This document shows positions 9,175 through 17,422 of a DNA stretch of 64,000 nt, one piece after another (the stretch's first letter is position 1; the number at the start of each line of letters is the position of its first letter). This DNA is from Bacteroidales bacterium (GTDB taxonomy: Bacteria; Bacteroidota; Bacteroidia; Bacteroidales; WCHB1-69), in contig JAGCVQ010000073.1 in the NCBI GenBank assembly GCA_017962275.1, forward strand, positions 4,543 to 68,542. The letters are read 5' to 3'. Both the position numbers and the translations under genes were made by a program. The notes under the pieces are model-generated. The model was not told the DNA's origin, searched no databases, and saw only the letters and a program-made list of their open reading frames with translations.

Positions 9175-9807
9175 TCAAAGAATCATCTCTTTTACGGAAT
9201 CATGGATGCCCAGTTCTTTGGCGATGCCGAGCAGTACGTTGTCGATTTTGTCCTTGACGAACTCTTCCGATTGGATGAGGTGGAGATTGGGATGCTTTGC
9301 CCACGCCTTGATGAGGTTGTCGTCCACTGCGATAGCTTCCGCCAAGGTTTCCTCCATTCTGGCGGAGTTGTTGCTCAGCGTGTAGCTGTTGGGGGCCCCT
9401 TTCGCGCTGGTGCAAAGGTGGAAAACCGCCTTGTATCGACCCATAAGTTCCTCCTCGGTGTGGCCGGTTTCGCGGAGCAGTTCTTGCCAGTCGGCGGGAT
9501 CCATGTAGGCCGAGATGTCCATCGCACCGCGGTCATTGACAATAAGCCCGGGTTTGCCGGTCGCTTCGGCAATCTCGTAGAACGACTCCTCCATCTGCAG
9601 CAGGAACCGCATCATACTCTTGTGAATCTCGAAATAAAGGTTCCGGTCCTTTGTCAGGAAGTCGGCACCCGCCTTGATGAACAGCGTGGGGGCTTCGGGC
9701 AGCGTGAAGACGGCATATCCCAACTTGGTGAAAAACTCCTCCACACGTTCATTGGTGGTGGTTTTGCCGGCGCACGGACCGCCGGTGAGCACGATCTTGG
9801 TTATCAT
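9175..9807 (-). CDS. P-loop NTPase (AAA_28-like ATPase)
   Basis: Walker A motif MITKIVLTGGPCAGKTT at the N-terminus; 210 aa. The opposite-strand ORF 9130..9825 looks like a shadow ORF. Confidence 0.75.
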   Translation of the reverse strand: MITKIVLTGGPCAGKTTTNERVEEFFTKLGYAVFTLPEAPTLFIKAGADFLTKDRNLYFEIHKSMMRFLLQMEESFYEIAEATGKPGLIVNDRGAMDISAYMDPADWQELLRETGHTEEELMGRYKAVFHLCTSAKGAPNSYTLSNNSARMEETLAEAIAVDDNLIKAWAKHPNLHLIQSEEFVKDKIDNVLLGIAKELGIHDSVKEMIL

Positions 9808-9834
9808 AAGGCTACACTAATCTGAATGGCGGCG

Positions 9835-9842
9835 CAAAAATA
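9835..9842 (-). promoter_or_regulatory. -7 box TAttTTTG
   Basis: 28 nt before the start at 9807. Confidence 0.5.
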
Positions 9843-9920
9843 CACATTTTCAGCTCTCAACGTGTTATAAAAATGTCTATTTGGTGTTACTATGATTATC
9901 GTTTTATTCAAGAAAAGTTG

Positions 9921-9928
9921 TATTTTTG
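9921..9928 (+). promoter_or_regulatory. -7 box TAttTTTG for the abiEi-abiEii operon
   Basis: 24 nt before the ATG at 9952. Confidence 0.55.
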
Positions 9929-9951
9929 CAGCGTCTTTTGAATAAAATGAT

Positions 9952-10572
9952 ATGACCTATTTGGAATTCAGAGAGCAGTGGCATACGGTGGGGTGTTTCA
10001 ATATCTACCAAATCCGTGCCTGGAAGCCTGATTTCGACAGAAGCAACCTTTTCCGTTGGGTGAAAAAGGGTTATTTGTCTAAGTTGAGGCAAGATTGGTA
10101 TGCTTTCAGCGACCTCAAGGGTAGTCCTGAAACAGCAAGATATGTGGCGCAGCGGATATACACCCCGTCGTATATCAGCCTACACACCGCATTGTCTTTC
10201 TATGGCATTATTCCTGAAGCGGTGACATCCATCATGTGCGTCACTTCCAATCGTCCAGCCACCTACAGCAACGATTTCGGCGAGTTCAGCTATCAAACGG
10301 TGAAGCCCGCCCTGTTCTTCGGTTACAAGCCCATGATCCTGTCGCCGCATGGCAGCTACCTGCTCGCATTTCCCGAAAAGGCCATCCTCGACCTGCTGTA
10401 TCTTTACCCGCAATACAACACAGAGGAAGCATTGATGGAACTCCGTTTGGATGAATGGTGGATGCAGGAAGAGTTGGACCGAGACCGATTGCTGGCGTAT
10501 TCCGAGCAAAGTGCCGTTAAGGCGTTACAATATAGAGTGAATCTACTGTTAAAAACATACAGAAATGATTGA
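9952..10572 (+). CDS. AbiEi-family antitoxin (type IV TA system)
   Basis: 206 aa. The N-terminal winged-helix-like FRWVKKGYLSKLRQDWYAF and then YISLHTALSFYGIIPE are typical of AbiEi. It overlaps the downstream AbiEii gene by 8 nt. Confidence 0.75.
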   Translation: MTYLEFREQWHTVGCFNIYQIRAWKPDFDRSNLFRWVKKGYLSKLRQDWYAFSDLKGSPETARYVAQRIYTPSYISLHTALSFYGIIPEAVTSIMCVTSNRPATYSNDFGEFSYQTVKPALFFGYKPMILSPHGSYLLAFPEKAILDLLYLYPQYNTEEALMELRLDEWWMQEELDRDRLLAYSEQSAVKALQYRVNLLLKTYRND

Positions 10573-11800
10573 TTTATCCTCACTGTTATCATTCTATCCT
10601 CAACAAATAGCGGCGAATGCTGCATTTCACAAGCATGTTCTCAAAGAATATGTGGAGCTTTTGGCATTAGAGCATCTGATGCAGTCCCCTTTTGCGCCAA
10701 AGTTGGTGTTTGTCTGGGGAACGAATCTCCGTCTTGTATATGGAATTGATCGTTTTTCGGAGGATTTGGGCTTCGACTGCAAAGGTTTGACCTCCGAGGA
10801 ATTCATCAGCATGACGGATTCTTTGGCGGAATATCTTCGTCTTCAGGGACTAAAAGTGGAACTTCGGGACAAGGAAAATCCAAAACTAACGGCGTATCGT
10901 CGCAACATCTTTTTCCCAGAACTACTCTTTGAAATGAATCTTACAGGTCATCGCGAGGAACGGTTTCTAATGAAGATTGAGGCACAAGTTCAGGGGGTGG
11001 ACTATATCCCTCAAACGGCTTTGGTCAATCGCTGTGGTTTTTTCTTTTCGGTCACGGTGCCTTCAAAGGAGACCTTGTTGTCCATGAAACTTTCGGCATT
11101 GTTGGCAAGAGCCAAAGGACGTGATTTTTACGACACGATCTTTTTGTGGCAACAAATCGCCCCTGATTTTGATTTTTTGAAACAACGGAATGGCATAGAG
11201 AATGCAGCCGATTTAAGGAAGGCGTTGTTGGACAAGTTGGAGAACACCAGTCTGTCGCAGAAACAGAAAGATTTCGAGCATCTGCTGTTCAATCCAGTCC
11301 GAAGTGCACAAATATTGCATTTCAGGGAGTTTGTGGAGGAAAAGATTAGTGATGACGGATTTCTATATGCAAATGAGATTGAGTTTAATGGCACTAAGGC
11401 ATATTTAAGCGAAGGACTCGCAGAAGTCGAAATAGGTAAGAAATATGGCTATATTGACAAAGATAAGAATTTGATTATCAACGCTGTTTTTGACGATGCA
11501 TATCCATTTGTCAACGGCACAGCACCTGTTGAAATAAAAGGCAAATGGGGATTGATTAACAAAGAGGGAGAATTTGTGATTGAGCCTAAATATGATGACA
11601 TAACATCATTTCATGAAGGATTGGCTGTGGTTGATCTCGATGGAAAAAGTGGGTATATTAACGAACAAGGTGAAATAGTGATACCGATTGTTTACGAGCA
11701 GGCGTCCGTTTTTCGGGATGGAGTTGCCCTTGTCTCTTTAGATGGCAAGAGTTTTTATCATATTGATAATCAGGGAAAAAAGATAAGGAAATGCGAGTGA
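10565..11800 (+). CDS. AbiEii/AbiGii-family nucleotidyltransferase toxin fused to C-terminal WG (KWG-type) repeats
   Basis: Nucleotidyltransferase signature WGTNLRLVYGIDRFSEDLGFDC. The C-terminal ~130 aa carry four tandem repeats of the GKKYGYIDKDKNLII / KGKWGLINKEGEFVI / DGKSGYINEQGEIVI / DGKSFYHIDNQGKKI type. Confidence 0.8.
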   Translation: MIDLSSLLSFYPQQIAANAAFHKHVLKEYVELLALEHLMQSPFAPKLVFVWGTNLRLVYGIDRFSEDLGFDCKGLTSEEFISMTDSLAEYLRLQGLKVELRDKENPKLTAYRRNIFFPELLFEMNLTGHREERFLMKIEAQVQGVDYIPQTALVNRCGFFFSVTVPSKETLLSMKLSALLARAKGRDFYDTIFLWQQIAPDFDFLKQRNGIENAADLRKALLDKLENTSLSQKQKDFEHLLFNPVRSAQILHFREFVEEKISDDGFLYANEIEFNGTKAYLSEGLAEVEIGKKYGYIDKDKNLIINAVFDDAYPFVNGTAPVEIKGKWGLINKEGEFVIEPKYDDITSFHEGLAVVDLDGKSGYINEQGEIVIPIVYEQASVFRDGVALVSLDGKSFYHIDNQGKKIRKCE

Positions 11801-12057
11801 TACTATCTCTTATTCTGATTGTCAACGTCCTCGCCTTCCTCCTCTATGGCATCGACAAGTGGAAGGCGAAGCGGGCGCGGTGGCGGATTCCCGAGAGTGT
11901 GCTGTTGGGGCTGGCGGCGGTCGGGGGCAGCATCGGCGCATGGCTGGGGATGCGCGTGTGGCACCACAAGACCCAGCACAAGAAATTCCGCTACGGTGTG
12001 CCGGCGATTTTGGTGGCGCAAATTGTGTTGCTGGTGTGGATTTTTTGGCCGAGGTGA
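11791..12057 (+). CDS. DUF1294-family small membrane protein
   Basis: 88 aa. LLYGIDKWKAKRARWRIPESVLLGLAAVGGSIGAWLGMRVWHHKTQHKKF matches the DUF1294 pattern. Its ATG overlaps the AbiEii stop by 10 nt. Confidence 0.7.
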   Translation: MRVILSLILIVNVLAFLLYGIDKWKAKRARWRIPESVLLGLAAVGGSIGAWLGMRVWHHKTQHKKFRYGVPAILVAQIVLLVWIFWPR

Positions 12058-12069
12058 TCAAAAAAATCG

Positions 12070-12077
12070 TATCTTTG
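12070..12077 (+). promoter_or_regulatory. -7 box TAtcTTTG for hipBA
   Basis: 32 nt before the ATG at 12109. Confidence 0.5.
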
Positions 12078-12108
12078 CAACTGATAATATTTTGGTTGTT
12101 TTTGCGGT

Positions 12109-12450
12109 ATGTATAAGGAAATAGATAATATGTTATCAGTTCTTGAGGGCTATTTGCTTGAGGATGCCGACCATGTTGGCAAGCAAATTGCGAATGATTT
12201 TCGCCATCGCAGGGTGGAGAAAGGATTGACGCGCGAGGAGGTGGCCGAACGTGCGGGAGTCGCCATGAGCAACGTGGTACGCTTTGAGCAAAAAGGTCTG
12301 ATCTCTCTGAAAAACCTGATAGGATTGGCAACGGCGTTGGGCTACGCCTCTGAAATCAAAGGGCTATTTGCCACGCCAAAATACTCAACCATGGAAGAAC
12401 TGACACAAATTCGCAAGAATTCTGGTAAAACAAAAGCATATAAGAAATGA
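12109..12450 (+). CDS. hipB: XRE-family HTH antitoxin (HipB-like)
   Basis: HTH stretch RRVEKGLTREEVAERAGVAMSNVVRFEQKG. An ATGA overlap joins it to the downstream HipA-like gene. Confidence 0.75.
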   Translation: MYKEIDNMLSVLEGYLLEDADHVGKQIANDFRHRRVEKGLTREEVAERAGVAMSNVVRFEQKGLISLKNLIGLATALGYASEIKGLFATPKYSTMEELTQIRKNSGKTKAYKK

Positions 12451-13571
12451 AAACGGATAAATTAACTGTGAAATATCACGACAGGACTGTCGGAACGTTG
12501 TCTCTTACTCCCGATGATCGTCTGTGCGCCTTTGAATATGACAAATCGTGGTTGTCTGACGGATTTAGCATATCGCCATTGGAACTTCCTTTGAAAACAG
12601 GATTGTTTATTGCCAAACATCAGCCTTTTCATGGAAATTTCGGCATCTTTGAAGACAGCCTCCCCGATGGTTATGGTCGCTATCTGCTTCACAAGGCGTT
12701 GTTGCGCGAAGGTATCAACGACGCAGACCTTTCTGCCCTCGACAGATTGAGTATCGTTGGGGATGGTGGTATGGGGGCGTTAACCTATCATCCTGAAAAA
12801 AAGATAATTAAAGAAGTTGATACAGTTGATTTTGATTTGCTCCAAGAGAAAGCATTGCAGGTGCTGAAGGAGCAACAGGATACTGATGCAGGTTTGCTTC
12901 TTTACAAAAGTGGAAACAGTGGAGGGGCTCGTCCCAAAGCCATTTTCAGTGATAAAGAAGGTCATTGGCTTATAAAGTTCCGTCACTATTACGACCCCGT
13001 TGACATCGGGCAGCAGGAACTCCATTACAATGAGGTGGCCAGACAATGTGGTATCAATGTCCCTGATTGTAAGCTGATTAACGGACGCTATTTTACGACA
13101 CGACGTTTCGATATCGCACCAAGCGGCGAGCGTATCCATACGGCTACGGCAGGTGGCTTGCTTTGTCTGTCGTTGACCATGCCGTATCTCGATTACACAA
13201 ACTTGCTTGCGTTGACTGGTTTTCTCTCTCAAAGCGCTAAAGAAGTGGAAGAGTTGTTTCGACGCATGGTGTTCAACTACTTGACTGACAACAAGGATGA
13301 CCACTGCAAGAACTTCAGTTTTATGGTTACAAAGACTGAGAGTGGACATTATTCCTGGCATCTTGCGCCCGCATACGATTTGACGCTTTGCACGGAGGGT
13401 TATAACGGAGAGCACGCCACTTCCGTCAACGGAACGGGAAATCCCACATTGAAAGATATGATAGCGGTGGGCACGAAAAACAAAATGAGCGAACAGCGTT
13501 GCAAAGAGATATATGAAGAGGTGAAATCGAACTGCGGCGATTTGCTTTTATGTAGAATCAAAGAATCGTAA
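12447..13571 (+). CDS. hipA: HipA-family serine/threonine kinase toxin
   Basis: 374 aa. N-terminal coupling domain (LTVKYHDRTVGTLS...FEDSLPDGYGRYLL) and a C-terminal kinase region (NKDDHCKNFSF...APAYDL). Confidence 0.85.
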   Translation: MKTDKLTVKYHDRTVGTLSLTPDDRLCAFEYDKSWLSDGFSISPLELPLKTGLFIAKHQPFHGNFGIFEDSLPDGYGRYLLHKALLREGINDADLSALDRLSIVGDGGMGALTYHPEKKIIKEVDTVDFDLLQEKALQVLKEQQDTDAGLLLYKSGNSGGARPKAIFSDKEGHWLIKFRHYYDPVDIGQQELHYNEVARQCGINVPDCKLINGRYFTTRRFDIAPSGERIHTATAGGLLCLSLTMPYLDYTNLLALTGFLSQSAKEVEELFRRMVFNYLTDNKDDHCKNFSFMVTKTESGHYSWHLAPAYDLTLCTEGYNGEHATSVNGTGNPTLKDMIAVGTKNKMSEQRCKEIYEEVKSNCGDLLLCRIKES

Positions 13572-15441
13572 TCGTTTCATCATCACTCACCCGCATCTCA
13601 CATCGCCCGCAATCGAACACCAACCGGAAACGGTGCTTGCCGGAAATGAGATACAACGGGTCTTTCGGAGAGTTCGCCTCGGGGGGAAGTTTCTTGCACC
13701 AACCCAACTCGTAACGAAGACAATATTTGCAGGTCATCAACGACTTGCCGGCGTAATCTTCGGTTTTGTCCAAACCGTACTCGATTTCCTTGGCCCCGAA
13801 ATCCTCATACACCTTCCGATGCGCCTCGTTGGTGATGTTCCGCAGATAATCGGCACGCTGGAAGAGAGGTTCGGGATGGTATTGTAACGGCGTGTCTTTG
13901 GGGTGGAAATGCGCGAGACGGGTGGCTGTTAACTGTTCCACCAACTTGGTTTTCAGTTCGTTGATATATCCGGCACGCAAAAAAGCCGTGCATTTGGGAA
14001 TGGTGACGGTGCGTGCCTCGAACGAGGTGCCGCCTAACTTCGACAACGCCGTACGCAATGTCTCCGCCATCTTCTCGGGCTGCTGCGCGGCCGTCAACGC
14101 CACATTGTCCTCCACAATCGCGGTGCATCCGTCCTCATCGGTCATGGTAACCCGAACACGATCAGTGAGCTCTTCGAATAGAATATCCACGGCAATCTTC
14201 CGTTCAGCGGTCTTTCCACTCAAAATCTTCTCGAATTGCTTGTCAATATTTCGGTACAACGCCACTTTGGTGAATTTGGACAGCGGCTTCTGCGGAATGA
14301 TGCGATTGCCTTCCACTCCGTTGACCAAAAAGCCCTCTAATTCGCCCTGCTCGTTGATAAAACACAGACCATCGCCGTTGGATATTGGTTGTTGGCTGTT
14401 AGCTTTCGGCTTTTGGCTATTAGCTATTGGCTGTTGGCTGTTGCCTAATCCCTCAAACCAATACTTCCCGCCACGCTGCCTTAGATACCCGACAAATTGT
14501 CCCATCGCCTTCGGTGTATCGAACGAGGTCATCTTTTCGCGCTGACCTTCAATGAAGTAGGAGGTGAAGTTGCGGTTGAAGGTCTTGTGCAGGTCGGGAG
14601 TAAAGAAGAAACGGGTGGTGCCGCTGCCAACCCGTTGATAATCGGGACGTTCTTCCAATATACGGTCGATGAGCTGACGGTAGTAGGCGGTGACGTTCTT
14701 GACGTAACTCTCGTTTTTCAGCCGGCCCTCGACCTTGAAAGAGCAAATACCCGCGTTCATCATCTCTTCAATGTGATCGGCGCGGCACATATCCTTCAAC
14801 GAGAGCAGGTGCTTGTTCCGGATAAGAGTCTTACCGTCAGCATCTTGCAAGTCGAAGCGGGTTCGGCAGATCTGAGCGCAGGCCCCTCGGTTGCCACTCC
14901 GTCCTGTCATCATCCGGCTGATGTAACACTGGCCGCTGTAGCAGACGCACAATGCGCCATGCACGAACGCTTCCAATTCGATATCGGTCTGTTTATGAAT
15001 CTGTTGTGCAGTCTGTAAATCCATTTCACGGGCCAGTACCGCACGGGTGAAACCTAACTTTTCGAGAAATTGGATGCGTTCCAACGAATGGTTGTGGCAT
15101 TGCGTGCTCGCGTGCAAGGCGATGGGCGGGATATCAAGCGTCAACAGTCCCAGATCCTGAACCAACACGGCATCGACACCGATGTTATAGAGTTCCCAAA
15201 GCAGCTTCCGGGCGGACTCTAACTCGTTGTCGTACAGCAAGGTGTTGACGGTGACATGCACTTTCGAGCCGTAGAGGTGGGCATGTTTCACCAGGGCTTC
15301 GATGTCCTGCAGGGAATTGCCGACCGCCTGACGCGCCCCGAACGCAGGCGCACCCGTATAGACAGCATCCGCGCCGTGGTTGATGGCGGTGATTCCGCAG
15401 GCCAAATCCTTGGCAGGCAACAAAAGCTCGATCTTACTCAT
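13558..15441 (-). CDS. Peptidase U32 family protein (collagenase-like/RlhA-TrhP type) carrying an internal low-complexity insertion
   Basis: IELLLPAKDLACGITAINHGADAVYTGAPAFGARQ and the long conserved body are U32-like. The track start at 15447 is TTG; the first ATG is at 15441. The insert is GNSQQPIANSQKPKANSQQPISNG. Confidence 0.88.
   Translation of the reverse strand: MSKIELLLPAKDLACGITAINHGADAVYTGAPAFGARQAVGNSLQDIEALVKHAHLYGSKVHVTVNTLLYDNELESARKLLWELYNIGVDAVLVQDLGLLTLDIPPIALHASTQCHNHSLERIQFLEKLGFTRAVLAREMDLQTAQQIHKQTDIELEAFVHGALCVCYSGQCYISRMMTGRSGNRGACAQICRTRFDLQDADGKTLIRNKHLLSLKDMCRADHIEEMMNAGICSFKVEGRLKNESYVKNVTAYYRQLIDRILEERPDYQRVGSGTTRFFFTPDLHKTFNRNFTSYFIEGQREKMTSFDTPKAMGQFVGYLRQRGGKYWFEGLGNSQQPIANSQKPKANSQQPISNGDGLCFINEQGELEGFLVNGVEGNRIIPQKPLSKFTKVALYRNIDKQFEKILSGKTAERKIAVDILFEELTDRVRVTMTDEDGCTAIVEDNVALTAAQQPEKMAETLRTALSKLGGTSFEARTVTIPKCTAFLRAGYINELKTKLVEQLTATRLAHFHPKDTPLQYHPEPLFQRADYLRNITNEAHRKVYEDFGAKEIEYGLDKTEDYAGKSLMTCKYCLRYELGWCKKLPPEANSPKDPLYLISGKHRFRLVFDCGRCEMRVSDDETITIL
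14384..14446. repeat. Nine in-frame heptamers inside the U32 peptidase CDS
   Basis: ATTGGTT GTTGGCT GTTAGCT TTCGGCT TTTGGCT ATTAGCT ATTGGCT GTTGGCT GTTGCCT = 63 nt. They encode NSQQPIANSQKPKANSQQPIS on the minus strand. Confidence 0.9.
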
Positions 15442-16654
15442 CGGCAAAGCGTTTCGCCTTCAGTGGGAACTGTTCGGCCAGTTCGCCGGAGTAATAAAAG
15501 TCATTGCAAATCACCCCGAAGGTGTAAATCTCATCGTGGACGGTGATGTGCGAGCCGCCGCACTGTGGGTCGGGACCCGGTTTGGAGGCTGCGAACCCGA
15601 GGTTGAAAAGGGTGAACAGAATGTCGGGACGATTGGTGATGTCGTATCCTGAACGCTTCCATTGCAGCATGGTCTGATGCAGGATACAACCCGTGTAAAT
15701 GTATGAGTACAAATGATTTCGGTAATTCGTGAGCCGGTTGAACCGCTCAGATTGGTGGTCAGCGGTCTGGAAATCGAGGATGTGCTCGTAGGTTTTGCCC
15801 ATGTAGAAAATGGAGGCGGTGTCGGTGAGGTTGCGTTCCACCTGCATGGCCGTGAAATCCTTGATGCCGTTGACCCCGAGCGAGAACTGCGACTGCACCG
15901 AAAGTACCTTCATCGGGCCGAGGTAGCGTTTGTACATTTCGCGTTTGCTGTTGAAAAGCCGTACCTGTTCTCCTACGAGACAGCCCACGATGAGGCGGGG
16001 CTCAACCCCGGTGAGACGGGCGGCTTCATAAATCACGGCGGAATCTTTCAAGATGGCAGCCTTCAACGCCGGCCATGCCGAATCGTTCATCCACGGAACC
16101 ACATTTCCTTCAAACGGAGACATCTTATTGGTTTTCAATAGATTGTTGATATCGTCCACCATCTTCTGATAGGCCGTGGCGTGTTCATCGTCCTGCATGT
16201 ACATGTTGGCGGCATAGAGCATCTCGCTGATGGCCGTGGGACGGTCACTGTATTGCGCGGCATTGAAGATCAGGTCGGCATTCTTCGGATAGAAGTGCCG
16301 CAAAACGGACAGCGAGCGGTAATCCGTGAGAATCTGCTCTTGGCTGTCTATCGAATCCGACTGCGATGTATATTTCTGTCTTTCAGATAGGTAGCGATTG
16401 TTTTGGTCGGCGCCGCCCTTGTTGTTGGTGAAGCCGAGTTCGAAAAACGCCCATGCGCCGAGGATGCCCGCACCCACCAGCGCAAACAGATGTAACACAA
16501 TCAGATAGAATTTGCTGTGTCCCTTCAGCCGTTTCCATGATTTCCACAAACTCCGCTTCTTGCGGAGTTTTTTCGAAGTTTGTTGGGACGTATTGCCATT
16601 GGATTGTAGAGACGGTGCATGCACCGTCTCTACAGAGGAATTTGTCTCTTCCAT
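15434..16654 (-). CDS. Hypothetical membrane-anchored protein
   Basis: 406 aa. A basic stretch is followed by one TM helix (FYLIVLHLFALVGAGILGAWAFF) and a large soluble domain. An 8-nt overlap (ATGAGTAA) joins it to the U32 gene. Confidence 0.6.
   Translation of the reverse strand: MEETNSSVETVHAPSLQSNGNTSQQTSKKLRKKRSLWKSWKRLKGHSKFYLIVLHLFALVGAGILGAWAFFELGFTNNKGGADQNNRYLSERQKYTSQSDSIDSQEQILTDYRSLSVLRHFYPKNADLIFNAAQYSDRPTAISEMLYAANMYMQDDEHATAYQKMVDDINNLLKTNKMSPFEGNVVPWMNDSAWPALKAAILKDSAVIYEAARLTGVEPRLIVGCLVGEQVRLFNSKREMYKRYLGPMKVLSVQSQFSLGVNGIKDFTAMQVERNLTDTASIFYMGKTYEHILDFQTADHQSERFNRLTNYRNHLYSYIYTGCILHQTMLQWKRSGYDITNRPDILFTLFNLGFAASKPGPDPQCGGSHITVHDEIYTFGVICNDFYYSGELAEQFPLKAKRFADE
16605..16634. 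repeat. Perfect 30-nt palindrome TGTAGAGACGGTGCATGCACCGTCTCTACA (variant of the GTAGAGACG family)
   Basis: Same outer arms GTAGAGACG/CGTCTCTAC with a different core. It lies within codons 8-17 (VETVHAPSLQ) of ORF 15434..16654. Confidence 0.9.
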
Positions 16655-16718
16655 TTACGTCTTACGTTTTAAATCTTACGTCAAAATCTAACGTCTAACG
16701 TCCTACGTCTCACGTCTA
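16655..16718. repeat. Heptamer array, ACGTCTC family
   Basis: TTACGTC TTACGTT TTAAATC TTACGTC AAAATC TAACGTC TAACGTC CTACGTC TCACGTC. It fills the spacer from the rnfA stop to the next start codon. Confidence 0.85.
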
Positions 16719-17309
16719 TTACACCAAATTCGCAAATCCCATGAACGCCATGGCGAGGATACCGGCGGTGATCAGCGCGATCGGAACGCCCTTCATGCCT
16801 TTGGGGATTTCCACCAGTTCGAGTTGCTCGCGCAGACCGGCGAAAATCGTGATGGCCAAGGTGAAACCGATGGCGATGGCGACGGCATACAACGTGTTGT
16901 CAATCACGGAGAAACCGTGGCCGGGGATGATGGTCTGCTGGGTCACGTTGATGGCGACACCCAACACGGCGCAGTTGGTCGTGATCAGCGGCAGGAAGAC
17001 ACCCAACGCACGGTAAAGCGACGGGCTGACCTTCTTGAGGATGATCTCCACCATCTGCACCAGACTGGCGATGACCAGGATGAAGACGATGGTTTGCAGG
17101 AAGGTGATGTCGAGCGGCACCAGCACATACTTCTGCAGCAGCGAGGTGACCAGCGTGGCCAGCGCCATGACGAACGTGACGGCCGCGCCCATGCCGAGGG
17201 CGGTGTTCACCTTGCTGGAAACACCCAAAAACGGGCATATACCAAGGAACTGCACCAAAATGATGTTGTTGACCAGCACAGCTCCGATGATCATTAATAT
17301 GTATTCCAT
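16719..17309 (-). CDS. rnfA: Rnf electron transport complex subunit A
   Basis: MEYILMIIGAVLVNNIILVQFLGICPFLGVSSKVNTALGMG is the RnfA/NqrE-type polytopic signature. It is the last gene of an rnfD-G-E-A order. Confidence 0.92.
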   Translation of the reverse strand: MEYILMIIGAVLVNNIILVQFLGICPFLGVSSKVNTALGMGAAVTFVMALATLVTSLLQKYVLVPLDITFLQTIVFILVIASLVQMVEIILKKVSPSLYRALGVFLPLITTNCAVLGVAINVTQQTIIPGHGFSVIDNTLYAVAIAIGFTLAITIFAGLREQLELVEIPKGMKGVPIALITAGILAMAFMGFANLV

Positions 17310-17340
17310 TTTTTTCTGTTATTTCGTTTGTTGTTTAATA

Positions 17341-17396
17341 GTGATCAGTGAACAGTGATCAGTGAACAGTGATTTGTGATTGGTAAGTAGAAATCG
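17341..17396. repeat. Heptamer array, CAGTGAA/GTGATCA family
   Basis: GTGATCA GTGAACA GTGATCA GTGAACA GTGATTT GTGATTG GTAAGTA GAAATCG, inside the rnfE-rnfA spacer. Confidence 0.85.
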
Positions 17397-17422
17397 AATA
17401 TTGTAGTGAGTACGAGCATCCC

